Notes under the pieces: model-generated
Databases searched by the model: none
What the model was told of the DNA's origin: nothing
Seen by the model: only the letters and a program-made list of their open reading frames with translations
Made by a program: the position numbers and the translations under genes
In this document: one piece after another, positions 29,002-39,840 of the stretch
How positions within the stretch are numbered: the stretch's first letter is position 1
Layout of the letters: the number at the start of each line of letters is the position of its first letter
From: a phage
Sequence record: PZ386976.1
DNA length: 64,000 bases
Reading direction: 5' to 3' (one strand)

Positions 29002-30141
29002 TTACTCATAATCCCTAATAACTAGGCCAACAGGGAACTGTAAAGACCCCTTACGAGTCATCTTCTGGAACTGAACCGTTAAAGGCTTCCCGATAAACTC
29101 TTCAGGATGCTCAGCCAGATACTGCTTTTTCTCATGAGTGGTTTTCCATGAGACATCTACAAAGACGTTAGGAAGGGTCTCTACAACGAACTTGCCATGA
29201 CCACGTTTATCAGTCTTTACACCAGTCACTTTAAACTCTTCAGTGTGCATCTTCTTATGCTTAATCAAGAAGTATGAACGGTGACCGCACTCATAGAAAG
29301 ATTCTTCAGAGATTGAACGGTACATTGCACCTTCAAACTTAGCCTCAACCCACTTATCATGAGCTTCATCAAACTCTTCCCAAGAATTTACACGGCGAGA
29401 CTTAATAGGAACAACTTTACAGCCGTCTCTAAAGTCATTTAATGGTGAAGTCTCAATAATATCTCTACGCTCAGGCCACGTTTTAGTACTGTCACAGATA
29501 TCATACCAGTAGAACTTAAGTAAGTGTCTGTCAGGATTGTCTTCATTTTTAATCATGGAGACAATATCTTCTAAGTCCCACCCATGAGCATAAATCTCTC
29601 CATCAAATTCATCAACATCTTTGTGGAGCCTTAACATTGCCATAATGTCAGGTATTAGTTCAGTAGGGATTTTGTAAACAGTATTCTCACGAGAATATGC
29701 TGTAAATACACTGCCAATACTTAAGTGCCTTGAAATCCTACAACGTACACCATCAAGCTTCGGTTGAGCATCAGCAGGGAACTTCAGATACTTTGCATGA
29801 CTAACCTTTGCAGCATCATGAGCAAGCTGTACACCTACCTTTTCAGTATTCTGTGCAGACTCTTTTGTGTAAGCATAACCTTTACGGTCAACTTGCTTTT
29901 TATACTTAGCAGCAACTTCAAAGAGAGCTTGCTGTTCAGCGTTACGCTCATTCTTTTTACCGATGTTTTTAGGTTCTGCTGTATACTCTTCAAACATCAT
30001 CTTGCCATTTTCTTTACCGTAGGTTGTAATAACTTTGTCACCTACAGCAACACATGACCAAACGTTGAAGGAACCATCTTTATTTTGTTTGTATAGAATT
30101 GTCATTTTATTCCTCTGAGTGATACCAAGTATTGCAAGCAT
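29002..30141 (-). CDS. ATP-dependent DNA ligase
   Basis: ligase motif I KxDG (PKLDGVRCR); 379 aa. Confidence 0.8.
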   Translation of the reverse strand: MLAILGITQRNKMTILYKQNKDGSFNVWSCVAVGDKVITTYGKENGKMMFEEYTAEPKNIGKKNERNAEQQALFEVAAKYKKQVDRKGYAYTKESAQNTEKVGVQLAHDAAKVSHAKYLKFPADAQPKLDGVRCRISRHLSIGSVFTAYSRENTVYKIPTELIPDIMAMLRLHKDVDEFDGEIYAHGWDLEDIVSMIKNEDNPDRHLLKFYWYDICDSTKTWPERRDIIETSPLNDFRDGCKVVPIKSRRVNSWEEFDEAHDKWVEAKFEGAMYRSISEESFYECGHRSYFLIKHKKMHTEEFKVTGVKTDKRGHGKFVVETLPNVFVDVSWKTTHEKKQYLAEHPEEFIGKPLTVQFQKMTRKGSLQFPVGLVIRDYE

Positions 30142-30298
30142 TACATGCGTAAAGCTCTAAGTCATTTTTATCAGGTTTATGAAAGCAGTTTGCTCCGCAG
30201 TGGCAACGAAACGGCTTTCCACCAACTGTCAGGGTGAAGGATTGAACCTTTCCATCAGGAGTTCGTACAGCATTTTTATGCTTATCTTCTTTGTTCAT
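30107..30298 (-). CDS. small zinc-ribbon protein
   Basis: 63 aa; CHCGANC...CNAC cysteine pairs. Confidence 0.3.
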   Translation of the reverse strand: MNKEDKHKNAVRTPDGKVQSFTLTVGGKPFRCHCGANCFHKPDKNDLELYACNACNTWYHSEE

Positions 30299-30600
30299 TT
30301 TCTCTTACCACCAATCTCTACGTCAATCACTTGAACATCACCAGCAACATCAAACTTATGAATGATGCTTTCCACAGTGTAAGTCCAACTATCAATGCGA
30401 ACTAACTCACCTTCTCGTGGGACGATTGGATTACGTTGAGCTACAGTTGTAGTGGAGTGAACAACATCATAACAATAGATATAGTTTACTAATACTTCCA
30501 TCGTGAAAACCTCACTCAATAACCGTGGTATGTGATTGACCATTTTTGCCATAGCTATAAGATGTTGTTGTTTGAGAGTTTGGACATCTGACAACAACAA
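30295..30600 (-). CDS. hypothetical protein
   Basis: 101 aa; true start may be an internal Met to avoid overlap. Confidence 0.3.
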   Translation of the reverse strand: MLLSDVQTLKQQHLIAMAKMVNHIPRLLSEVFTMEVLVNYIYCYDVVHSTTTVAQRNPIVPREGELVRIDSWTYTVESIIHKFDVAGDVQVIDVEIGGKRK

Positions 30601-30769
30601 TATCCCTGCTTATAGCGTCACCATTGAGTTTGTAGATTTTGCAGTCTTGCATCTCTGGAGGTAGGCTGTAAGAAGCATCTTTGTTTTCATAAGAAGGGTT
30701 GCAGCCAGCCAGAAAAATTACTCCAAGTGCAACCATTACTTTCACACAACTCTTAATCTTATTGTTCAC
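30512..30769 (-). CDS. small lipoprotein (putative)
   Basis: signal peptide with lipobox LAGC (VMVALGVIFLAGCNP); 85 aa. Confidence 0.4.
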   Translation of the reverse strand: MNNKIKSCVKVMVALGVIFLAGCNPSYENKDASYSLPPEMQDCKIYKLNGDAISRDIVVVRCPNSQTTTSYSYGKNGQSHTTVIE

Positions 30770-30901
30770 GATAGTCTACCTCTCTGTATGTTTTTAAATA
30801 GTGGGTGATGAGTTCTGGTAATTCACTACGTTTAACGTTTGAACGAAGAAGTGTCCAGTCAAAACCTTTACCAACCCTTCCCCAGAGACTGTACATTTTC
30901 T

Positions 30902-31135
30902 TCATAGCAACTCCAGAATATCAATACGTTCACCCTTAAGAACACCTGTACGGTCTCTTGCAATCTTACCATCAACGATAAGGATATGCGCGACCTTTAA
31001 AGCCTCACCATTAAAACCTTTTACGAACTTGCTAGGCATCACTACAATGGACATCTCCTGAATCAACTCTGGAGTATAGCAATTGTCGTGAAGTTGCTGA
31101 ATAACGTCTGCAAGTGTCATTTTTGATGTCTCCAA
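30902..31135 (-). CDS. hypothetical protein
   Basis: 77 aa ORF. Confidence 0.3.
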   Translation of the reverse strand: METSKMTLADVIQQLHDNCYTPELIQEMSIVVMPSKFVKGFNGEALKVAHILIVDGKIARDRTGVLKGERIDILELL

Positions 31136-31326
31136 TACTCAATGTCAATAAGTTCTTGTGCAATGCTTTTCAGATTACCTTTCAAGAAAACCTTCTCAGA
31201 ACCTGAAAGAGATGAATTGTCAATTAACCTGTTCATTCTCTCAAACAACTTCTGCTTACGGTTCTTGATAGTTTCCTTTGAAGCACCTTTCATCATCGCT
31301 GCATGGGTTCTTCCACGGTGGCTCAT
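31117..31326 (-). CDS. hypothetical basic protein
   Basis: 69 aa, Lys/Arg-rich. Confidence 0.3.
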   Translation of the reverse strand: MSHRGRTHAAMMKGASKETIKNRKQKLFERMNRLIDNSSLSGSEKVFLKGNLKSIAQELIDIEYWRHQK

Positions 31327-31387
31327 AAGCCCTCCTATACAAGATATAGTATAAGGTACTCTTCCATGAGCACCTTGTCAATACTAG

Positions 31388-31944
31388 TCAGTGTACTTCA
31401 AGCCAATTCTTACCAACTTTACCAGTACCAGTTACAAGCGTTTCCTCCTTAAGCCCTAAGTTTCTTGATGCCTGACCATACATCCAGTCAATCACTGCTT
31501 TAACATCCTGTGTCATCTCTTCTGGGCACTCCCAACTATTCTCATCGTGGTATGCTAAAAGCAATCTAGCACCAATAGCTGGTTTTCGACCATTCAGCTT
31601 TGTAAGACCCTCTTCACAAGTCCTTCTACAAGCAAGGTTGATGGCTTCATTCTGAACCTGACTTTCCGAACCCATGAGCAAGTAATTTAAAAGTTTGTGC
31701 GGAGATTTACACCACAACCATGCACCTGCTACCTTTACAAAACCACCCTTAGATATTGCAGCAGTCTTACCAAACACCTCTTCAAGAGCCTTCTTAGTGG
31801 CTTTGAAGTCTGCTTCTAAATTATCTATCAACTTCTTAATTTTAGGGAGGCGTACAAAGTATGTTTGCTTAGTTAAAGCACCTTCCTCAGTTGTAGATGC
31901 TTTAATCGTCTTAGCAAATTTCTCATCGCCAGCCCCGAACAATA
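31388..31944 (-). CDS. DNA polymerase (family A) exon 2, C-terminal part
   Basis: starts with end of motif B (FGAGDEKFAK), contains motif C (LLLAYHDENSWE) and Pol I-like C-terminus (GKNWLEVH); boundary inferred, +/-10 nt. Confidence 0.7.
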
Positions 31945-32749
31945 CATCTGGTCAATACACTCGCAAGGTGTACCAGTTCTCTTATGAACTTCTCCGCATT
32001 TCTACGGAGTGTCGGACTATATCACGTAGTAGTAGTAATACTACCGTTGCACTTGGGAATGGTCATTAGCTTACCACCCTACTCTACTCAGTTCATACGT
32101 TAAGTATGCTTTTCGATAGTCTCTGAACGTTTCTCTGTTAGGAATCTCTATAGTTATGTTATTTGCTTAGGTAGTCAATTGCCCTTTGCATATTATCAAT
32201 GCTATCTGCAAGTAACCCCAAAGCTCTATTGCAATTGTGGCACAACATGCCTCTTACTTTTCCGGTTTTGTGGTCATGGTCAACGACAAGTTTAGCCTTA
32301 TGCCGTGAACTATTCATGATAAAACCTTCACCGCCACAAATTTGACATTTGTAATCACAGTTACGAAGTAGGGTCTCAACCTCTTCTCTTTCTAAACCAT
32401 ATGTTCTCAGGTAGTAATTCTTAACTCTACCTTTCTCTCCACAATGCGAAGAACAATAAACTTGCCTTGCTGTTCTAGGCATGAACACCTTCTCACAGCT
32501 AGGACATTTCTTAGTAAGAACCCTATATTCTGCTCTTCTGTCAAATTTTAATACGCAACTTCTGCACCGTTTTTGATTGTATTGGTACGGTTTAAACTCC
32601 GTGCCACACTCAGTGCATAATCTCTCTTCGTAACCTGCCATTGTCTCTCTCCTTTGTTTTAGGAGTCCTAACAGAGACTTCGCTGCTGATTACCATATCT
32701 TTACAGACTTAGGCTTCCAGCAATTCACAACGTTTTACATGCGCCACTG
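31945..32749 (-). mobile_element. group I intron in DNA polymerase gene, carrying endonuclease VII-like ORF
   Basis: interrupts pol motif B; minus strand has R-like GTTCAGAGACTA (plus 32115-32128) and S-like GATATAGTCC (plus ~32014-32024); proposed exon 1 ends in U and intron ends in G. Confidence 0.6.
32159..32641 (-). CDS. endonuclease VII-like (His-Me finger) homing endonuclease, intron-encoded
   Basis: C-terminal VVDHDHKTGKVRGMLCHNCN matches T4 endo VII core; N-terminal Cys4 zinc ribbons; inside pol intervening sequence. Confidence 0.7.
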   Translation of the reverse strand: MAGYEERLCTECGTEFKPYQYNQKRCRSCVLKFDRRAEYRVLTKKCPSCEKVFMPRTARQVYCSSHCGEKGRVKNYYLRTYGLEREEVETLLRNCDYKCQICGGEGFIMNSSRHKAKLVVDHDHKTGKVRGMLCHNCNRALGLLADSIDNMQRAIDYLSK

Positions 32750-34922
32750 ACGCATAAATGCCATTTTTGGCTTTCTTACGGCCTTTACTAATTTCCTGAA
32801 GAAGATTTGTATCCTGAGTGGCTCGACAGGTCAAGATATCTTCCTCTTTATTAAGGCTGAAGTAGATGCTATTTAAAGTATGCGCATCAGTTCCTGAGTA
32901 CACCACGTACAAGTCATTTTCCGAATCATAATGCAAATACTTGTCAATCTCTGGGTTTAGATACTGGTCAAAATGTTTGCAATAGTATCTGCCATCCTCT
33001 TGTTTGACAAACTCAACCTCTTCTTTACCCTCTGTCACTGCTTTAGTGAACTCCTTATCACCCATAAAGTTGCACAGCAGCACAAGTTGGGCACTATTCA
33101 TATCTGCTGAAACAATATTAGTTCCTTCCTCACAAGTCCACACCTCCCTCATAGGCGCTCCATAGACAGCAGCACCAGACGGTACGTTTACAATACCATA
33201 TTGTGTCATACGTCCAGTTGAAGTACCAAACACCATTGCACCAGCACTAAGGCGACCATCAGGACGAATCTGGTTAAGCCAACCTTTTTCATCATCCTTT
33301 GAGTTCTCAATAGTTCTGCGTCGGTGCATCAAAGTGTAGTATTTCGCAATCTTCTGTCCAAGCTCACCTTCAATCGTATCATAAGATGATTCAGTAAGTT
33401 TTGGTGAAGTACGGATTAAGCAAGGTTCAAGCAAATCTGTGTATTTCTTCACAGACCAGTTATGCTCAATGTACTGTACACCTTCATGTTCAACATAACT
33501 CAAACCACACCGCTCAACCATTTCCTGCCACTTAGGATGTTTTGTAATCATCTTTTTATTGTCTTTGAAACGACAAACTTTGACAGGGCGACCATCTGAG
33601 TCTTTCTTGTAGTTCCAGTCATCTGGAATCCAACCAACTGATTTCAAGTAGTCTTTAACAACTGCTACCTGAGTCATACGAGAAACTTCAAACTCAATTG
33701 GTGTATATGGTGCATCAATCAAACCTGTGTAGCGACTTGACTCAAGTTCAAAGTGGTTAACAACGTGGCTGTTATAGTACTTCACAGTTTTGACTGTTTT
33801 TACTGGCTTCCAGTCTTTGCACTTCTTACCAATCTTTGCATTCAACTCATTGCAAATTGCACGAGCATCCTTCATTGCTACAAAACCTTCCTTGTACTCT
33901 TCACCAGTTACAGTGTTGGTTGGTGTATAGCAATTCCTTTTTTCAATGTTAAAAATCTTTGTAGTTGGCTTACCAAATGGTTTGATTTCATATGTTTGCA
34001 TCTCACCGTTACGCACCTGCTGACGATACTTTGTCTTAGGGTACTTGGTAATTCTCTTCAGTCCATCTGCATGACCAAATGTTTCAACATACTCATTCCA
34101 AGCTTTTGCAAACTCTTCTCCAGTGACTTTACCTTTGGTCTTAATAGTTGGAGGTAGATGCGGTTCAACCTCTGAAGCAAGCTCATTAGTCAATTTGTCA
34201 AGTTCCTTCACATGGAACTCCATAAGCTCTTTATCAGCTTTCCAGCCATTAATAGCTTGTTGACTCATCCAGAAAGATGTCTCTTTAGCTCGCATGTAAG
34301 TCTCATAAGTGTCTATACCACACTTCTTAAGCTTGAGATACTCGTTATCAAGTGCCCGTTTAGTTTTGGCGTTAATACGGATATCTTCTACAACACGAGT
34401 GAAGATTTCTGCATTCCACACACCCCAATGTTCAATCTCTGGTTTACGGACACCAACACGAGCACCCCATGCAGCCAAACCATGAGCACCTTTATAACCC
34501 TTTGGAGTTGGTCTATCCATCCACTGAACACGAGACTGGATAAGAGAATCCTGAAAGAAATTACTCCACGGCTTACATTTTGGATTATCAAAGTTCCATA
34601 AATCCGGTGCAATGTGATTGAAGACCCACCAGTCATAACCGAGGCCGTTATGGATACAAAGTCGTTTTGCCTTTAACGCAAACTCAACACCTTCACGTAA
34701 ACCACCCTTGATGTACTTAGTGTACTTGTGACCGAGGATAGGCTCATCTGTAAAGACCCATACAGGTGGCTCTTCATCGTCAGATTTATAGTCTGCAAAA
34801 GCCATTACGTGAACTTTAGTGAACTCAAGGAGTAAACCATCAGTCTCTGTATCACCAACTAAATGTAAGTTTTTAAAATCTACGTTTTCCATTTTTACTC
34901 CCTCTAAAATCATTAACCTCAT
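32750..34922 (-). CDS. DNA polymerase (family A) exon 1 (3'-5' exo + polymerase domain through first half of motif B)
   Basis: exo motif GDTETDGL; motif A-like IVSADMNSAQLVLL; motif B start RKKAKNGIYA; track ORF 32709..34922 reads on into intron to a stop. Confidence 0.75.
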
Positions 34923-35149
34923 ACATTACTGCAAAAAATTATAAAAAGCAAGTTGACAATGCACTTGACAAGGTGTTAATCTTTGCGAAGTGGGTTTTTA
35001 CTTAAAAGGTTACTTAACAGTTTAACTATACAGATACTTTAAAACTCTTAAAAGATTATTTAATAGCTTTTAAAAAGCTTTAAAGTATAACGTATAGAAT
35101 ACGTTAAGATAAAAGATTAAAACTTAATAGCTACTTAAAAGAGGCTTAC

Positions 35150-35572
35150 ATGCAGAAAATGTTTGTTCACCCAGACATAGCTGACTTTGTTAGAGCTTTG
35201 CAGAAGTTGGAAGAACTTGACATTGCTGCTCAACGGGAATATGCTCACCATCACAGGAGAATGGTTGATATACAACATGAAATAGAGTTGTCTGAAGACT
35301 ATGAAGATGACTTAAAATGCTCTGTATTTGAGCATATGAAAGATGTTGCTACAGCGAGACGTAAAGCTAAAGACACAGTTGCTTTACTAGATTCTCTTAA
35401 AAAGAGGTTGCAAAGTGGTACAGACCTGTGTAATCTAGCATCACTGATTAACGATGTTGAAACTTCTTGGGATAGGCACTATTATCCACGTTCTGAAAAG
35501 ACACTTGACTTTTCTTCATCCGAAAACTTAAAATGTTCTAGAAAGAAACTTAACCAACTGAGAGAGAAATAA
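35150..35572 (+). CDS. hypothetical protein
   Basis: 140 aa; first gene after strand switch. Confidence 0.3.
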   Translation: MQKMFVHPDIADFVRALQKLEELDIAAQREYAHHHRRMVDIQHEIELSEDYEDDLKCSVFEHMKDVATARRKAKDTVALLDSLKKRLQSGTDLCNLASLINDVETSWDRHYYPRSEKTLDFSSSENLKCSRKKLNQLREK

Positions 35573-35573
35573 T

Positions 35574-36374
35574 ATGAATATCGATGTAGAAAAGATGCTT
35601 GAAGAGAAAGGTGTTGATGAAGCATTCTTAATCAACGCCGTAGAAAGCATGGCTATGATTCTTCGTGGTAATAACTACACAGAACAGTTTATGCCTGCAA
35701 GCTATAACTTGCCTGAAGACAAGTCTGATAACGGTGCTTTTGCAGAACAGGTTAATATGATGTTGTGTGATAAAACACTTGCTTTAGCATCTATCGTTGT
35801 AGGTGTTGATGCTCTTGCAGAGTTCATTTTTTATGAGATGCAGAAAAATGACTATATCTCCCTTAACTCTGAAGAAAAGGACTTGTTACCCTCATTAGGT
35901 GATAATGAGTTAGTTTCCATGTTAATTTCATCAACAAGTTCTGTTATGGCTGCTCTTGAGAAGCGAATGGAAGAGAAGCTGTCACGATATGAAAAACTTG
36001 ATTGGGGTGTAGAAGAGTTAAATCCACGAATCCAAGAGATTATCCAGCAAACTAAAGACTCTTTAGAAGAAGCTGTGAAAGATGATTCCGTAGCTGATGT
36101 AGAACCACTACAGGTGAAGGTTGCTCTGATGATTCCAGCTATTTCTACAATGATGAATATCGTTGCACTAATCCAACTTTCTCAGATGTTGGGAGCAAGC
36201 ATTGAGTTCATTGAGGAGATGACTGGTGGTGTCAGTATGCAAGCAATCAATGATGTTTTGGTAAACATTGGTGCTTCAATCATTGAAGAGAAACTACGCA
36301 TTAACTTCGGTGATGATTTTGTGAAGCAAATCTCAGCTATGGCTGAAAAAGAGTCTGCTGAGCAACTGCACTAA
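35574..36374 (+). CDS. hypothetical protein
   Basis: 266 aa, acidic. Confidence 0.3.
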   Translation: MNIDVEKMLEEKGVDEAFLINAVESMAMILRGNNYTEQFMPASYNLPEDKSDNGAFAEQVNMMLCDKTLALASIVVGVDALAEFIFYEMQKNDYISLNSEEKDLLPSLGDNELVSMLISSTSSVMAALEKRMEEKLSRYEKLDWGVEELNPRIQEIIQQTKDSLEEAVKDDSVADVEPLQVKVALMIPAISTMMNIVALIQLSQMLGASIEFIEEMTGGVSMQAINDVLVNIGASIIEEKLRINFGDDFVKQISAMAEKESAEQLH

Positions 36375-36392
36375 GCCTTTATAAATCTTACA

Positions 36393-36416
36393 AGCCTCCT
36401 TAGTTGGGGGCTTTTT
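36393..36416 (+). terminator. putative rho-independent terminator
   Basis: agcctcc ...loop... gggggct (one wobble) then TTTT. Confidence 0.4.
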
Positions 36417-36435
36417 AGTAATTAAGGGAGGAAGA

Positions 36436-37179
36436 ATGAGTAGTATTATAGCATTTACTGGAAAGGCACGTTCTGGAAAAGACACCTCATGTTCTATTGT
36501 GAAGAACATCTTAGAGGATGAGTATGGCTACAGTGTTGAAGTAATGGCCTTTGCAGACAACCTTAAACTATCTGCATCAAAGATATTTGACTTGACTTGG
36601 AATGACCTGTACGGTGAAACTAAAGAGACTCCACAGGTTTTTGACTTATCATATCCTGAACTGATGTTTAAAGTTACGGAAGCTATGGAGTTTACCTTCA
36701 GAGATGAACGTTACCATATGGACTTCAAGCTTATGTCAGAGCTAACCGGACGATTAATCATGGAGCTTAAGAAGGTTGCTAAACCAACTCTATTGACACG
36801 TCTGGGGTTTAGCAAAAAGTATAAATTCTCATCAAGACAAATTCAACAGATTTGGGGTACTGAAGTTGTCCGTAAAGTAATGGGCGACAAGTTCTGGTCT
36901 AAAGACCTTGAAAAAAGAATGGTTAGATTCTATGAAATGTGCTCACTTAGAAATCAATATGGTTTTGTCTTAATCAGTGATTTAAGATTTGACTCTGAAG
37001 CTGAATGGCTGAGTAGATTTGCACACCAAACTATTGAAGTAAAAAGAGACAATGTGGACAAAGTTTCATCACATGTTTCAGAAAATGGGATTTCTACAAA
37101 ATATGAGCGTGACATTATTCATAATAATGGTACTCTTGCAGACCTTGAGAACAAGCTAAGAGCCATCATTAAAGTTTAA
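36436..37179 (+). CDS. deoxynucleoside monophosphate kinase-like (P-loop)
   Basis: N-terminal IIAFTGKARSGKDT resembles T4 gp1 dNMP kinase P-loop (GVKRSGKDT). Confidence 0.55.
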   Translation: MSSIIAFTGKARSGKDTSCSIVKNILEDEYGYSVEVMAFADNLKLSASKIFDLTWNDLYGETKETPQVFDLSYPELMFKVTEAMEFTFRDERYHMDFKLMSELTGRLIMELKKVAKPTLLTRLGFSKKYKFSSRQIQQIWGTEVVRKVMGDKFWSKDLEKRMVRFYEMCSLRNQYGFVLISDLRFDSEAEWLSRFAHQTIEVKRDNVDKVSSHVSENGISTKYERDIIHNNGTLADLENKLRAIIKV

Positions 37180-37187
37180 AAGAGAGA

Positions 37188-37388
37188 ATGAAGATGAGAG
37201 TAAAAGACAATTTTAAAGTTATTGACCACCGTTTAGTGGAACTCTCATCTCTTTCCAATGAGGTAATGATTGAACGCCTTAAGAGAGTTGAATCACGAAG
37301 GAAAGAGATTGCAGATGAAATTCATGAACTGGACAAGATTGAAAATGGATTGAAGGCAGAACTACAACGAAGAGGTGCTAATGTCTAA
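37188..37388 (+). CDS. small hypothetical coiled-coil protein
   Basis: 66 aa. Confidence 0.25.
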   Translation: MKMRVKDNFKVIDHRLVELSSLSNEVMIERLKRVESRRKEIADEIHELDKIENGLKAELQRRGANV

Positions 37389-39366
37389 AGGTCGTAAATT
37401 GAAAGAGGCTGGTCAGTTTATTGGTCATTGTGCATGTCCACGTTGTGGTTCATCAGATGCTGGTTCAATCTATCATCATGACGATGATTCTTATTCGATG
37501 ACTTGCTTTAGCTGTAACAAAGGTTTCCCAGAGTGGGATTTTGATAAAGGACAAATCGTGAGCACTTATTCTACTGGTTCAGATAACAAAAACCGTACTT
37601 TCCGTGGAATGGATTTAGACGATGTAAAAGAAAACCTAGAAGCAATGGACTTGAAAGACAGGAAGATTCCTGCAAAAGTCCTTGAACGCTTAGGTATCAA
37701 GGTTGACATTGATAGTGATGGTGAAATTGATGCACATTTCTATCCAACTTACAAACGTAATGAGGATGGCAAGCTAGAACATGTTGGCTACCGTGTTCGT
37801 CACCGTTACCCAGAAGACCACCCAAAAGAACATCTACGTGGAAAGTTAAAAGACTTTTCAGGTGGTGTTGGAGACATTAAAGGTGAACTGGCAATGTTCG
37901 GTTCATGGATTGCTCCAGAAGGTGGTAACCGTCTATTCATCTGGGAAGGTGAGATGGAATGTGCGACAGCAATCTATATGACTTCTCTTGCGATTAAGGA
38001 CAAGTCTCGTCGTAAGAATTACTGTCACGTATCTGTTCCATCAGGTGCAAACATCAAGTCTATCAAAGACAACTATCAGTACATTACATCATTTGATGAG
38101 ATTTACTTGTGCTTTGATAATGATGAAGCAGGTGCTAAAGCTACCAAAGAGGCTGCTGGTATCCTACCTATTGAGAAGGTTCGTTTATTCCAGTATCCAG
38201 AAGGTGTAAAAGACCTTAACGAGTGGTGGACAAAGTTCTATAAAGAGAAAGACACAGTTCTGGAAGGATTTAAGCAGCGTATCTACAATGCACCTCGTTA
38301 CTGCCCTGCTGGTATCAAGAACTTCGCAGATGGTTTTGAGGCAATGAAGAACCGTGGTCAGATTCCATTGATTCCTTTCCCAGAATCTTTCGGAGATTTG
38401 AACAGGTTGACTTATGGTGGTTATGGTTTAGGTGAGATTACAACTATTGCAGCACCATCTTCAGTAGGTAAGTCAGCTTACACTCGTGAGATGATTTATT
38501 CAGCTTGGAAAGAAACTGATTATAATATCGGTGTAATTCCTGTAGAAGATACCTATGAAGAGTTGATGGAGATGCTCTGTGCAATCCACCTGAGCAAACA
38601 GATTTCTGAGATTCCTTATGATGAACGAGATTGGGATGAATTAAAAGGAGCACACGCAGAACTATCTAAAGGTCGTCGTATCCATATCGTTGACCATCAA
38701 GGGGCAATTGACCAAGATAACCTGCTGGAATTTGTTGACTATCTTGTTAATAGTTTAGACTGTAAGATTATCATTCTTGACCCTATTACGTTGGCTCTGT
38801 CACGTTCAGATACGGATGAAGAGGAAGTTTTGTCTGAGCTATTGCGTCGTTGCAAACGCTACCAGTATGCACAGGTGAACGTCTGTCACGTTCGTAAGAG
38901 TGCAGGTGGTCAGAAGGCTAATTCTGAAGGTGGGGATATCTCTGAAGAGGATATTAAAGGTTCTGGTGCGTATTTCCAGATTTCTATGAACAACATCCTG
39001 TTAATGCGTAACAAGGTTGACCCAGACCCTGTTAAGAAAAACTTGACAAAAATCAAGCTAACTAAGTGTCGTCGTCATGGTAAGTCAACAGGTATTGCTG
39101 GTCATACTTGGTACAATCCAGACACAGGACGTCTTATCAAAGCTTCTGGATGTGGTGTTGACATTGATGGTGCAGCAGAAAATATCCGTCAACAGTTTGG
39201 TATTGGTGAAGCTGAAGACCATTATGACGACTCTTTACCTCATTATGAAGATGAAGTGTTTGACCGTGAGACTGGTGAAGTCTATACTGAAGAACAGCGT
39301 CAAAGCTCAACGATTCCACCTGTATTAAGTGAGGATGCAGATGACTGCCCGTTTGAAACTGAGTGA
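37375..39366 (+). CDS. DNA primase-helicase (T7 gp4-like fusion)
   Basis: N-terminal Cys4 zinc finger (CPRCGSSD...CFSCNKG), central primase-like region, C-terminal helicase Walker A (APSSVGKSAYT) and Walker B (KIIILDPITL). Confidence 0.7.
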   Translation: MLMSKGRKLKEAGQFIGHCACPRCGSSDAGSIYHHDDDSYSMTCFSCNKGFPEWDFDKGQIVSTYSTGSDNKNRTFRGMDLDDVKENLEAMDLKDRKIPAKVLERLGIKVDIDSDGEIDAHFYPTYKRNEDGKLEHVGYRVRHRYPEDHPKEHLRGKLKDFSGGVGDIKGELAMFGSWIAPEGGNRLFIWEGEMECATAIYMTSLAIKDKSRRKNYCHVSVPSGANIKSIKDNYQYITSFDEIYLCFDNDEAGAKATKEAAGILPIEKVRLFQYPEGVKDLNEWWTKFYKEKDTVLEGFKQRIYNAPRYCPAGIKNFADGFEAMKNRGQIPLIPFPESFGDLNRLTYGGYGLGEITTIAAPSSVGKSAYTREMIYSAWKETDYNIGVIPVEDTYEELMEMLCAIHLSKQISEIPYDERDWDELKGAHAELSKGRRIHIVDHQGAIDQDNLLEFVDYLVNSLDCKIIILDPITLALSRSDTDEEEVLSELLRRCKRYQYAQVNVCHVRKSAGGQKANSEGGDISEEDIKGSGAYFQISMNNILLMRNKVDPDPVKKNLTKIKLTKCRRHGKSTGIAGHTWYNPDTGRLIKASGCGVDIDGAAENIRQQFGIGEAEDHYDDSLPHYEDEVFDRETGEVYTEEQRQSSTIPPVLSEDADDCPFETE

Positions 39367-39775
39367 TAGCTATAAAAGAGAGGGGTTCATACCCTTCTTT
39401 GAAGAAAAAAGTTTAAATGAATTTCAGGAAGAGTGTTTGACAAAGGTTGATAGGTTCTATAGAATGCTCTACATGAAATGTGATGGAGGCGTTGAGGTAG
39501 AAGAAAAGTTCCATCACAGTATGATAACAGTCACTATTACTATACCTCGACATAATATTGGTTGGCTGTTTATAATTAAAGAAAATGTGTTTGAATATCA
39601 AGTATATCGGAGAATATCATGAAACACTCTAAAGCATTTGAACAAGTTTTTGGGGATTCCTTAAAAGCCACTGCTGGTAAACCAGCAAAATACTATGAAG
39701 AGAAGCGTGTAAGAACTGGAAAAACTGCACGTAAAGCAGCTTCTAAAGATAAGCACAACTTCCAGTAATTAATGT

Positions 39776-39804
39776 TTGACAATAGAGTATCAACAAATTA
39801 GAAT
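39776..39804 (+). promoter_or_regulatory. sigma70-like promoter (TTGACA-17-TAGAAT)
   Basis: TTGACA 39776-39781, 17 nt spacer, TAGAAT 39799-39804; ~37 nt upstream of 39841 start. Confidence 0.5.
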
Positions 39805-39840
39805 TGGTACTCTTCATAAATTGAGATAGAGGTTTAAATA

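Noticed and set aside
32709-32749. C-terminal 13 codons of track ORF 32709..34922 (…VAHVKRCELLEA) as genuine polymerase sequence
   Set aside because: They fall after the break in motif B and are best explained as read-through into the intron; the true exon likely ends near 32750.
39329-39622. 97 aa ORF overlapping the 3' end of the primase-helicase gene
   Set aside because: Overlaps the helicase C-terminus in another frame with no motifs and no start context. A separate small basic ORF (about 39619-39768, ~49 aa) is equally unsupported.
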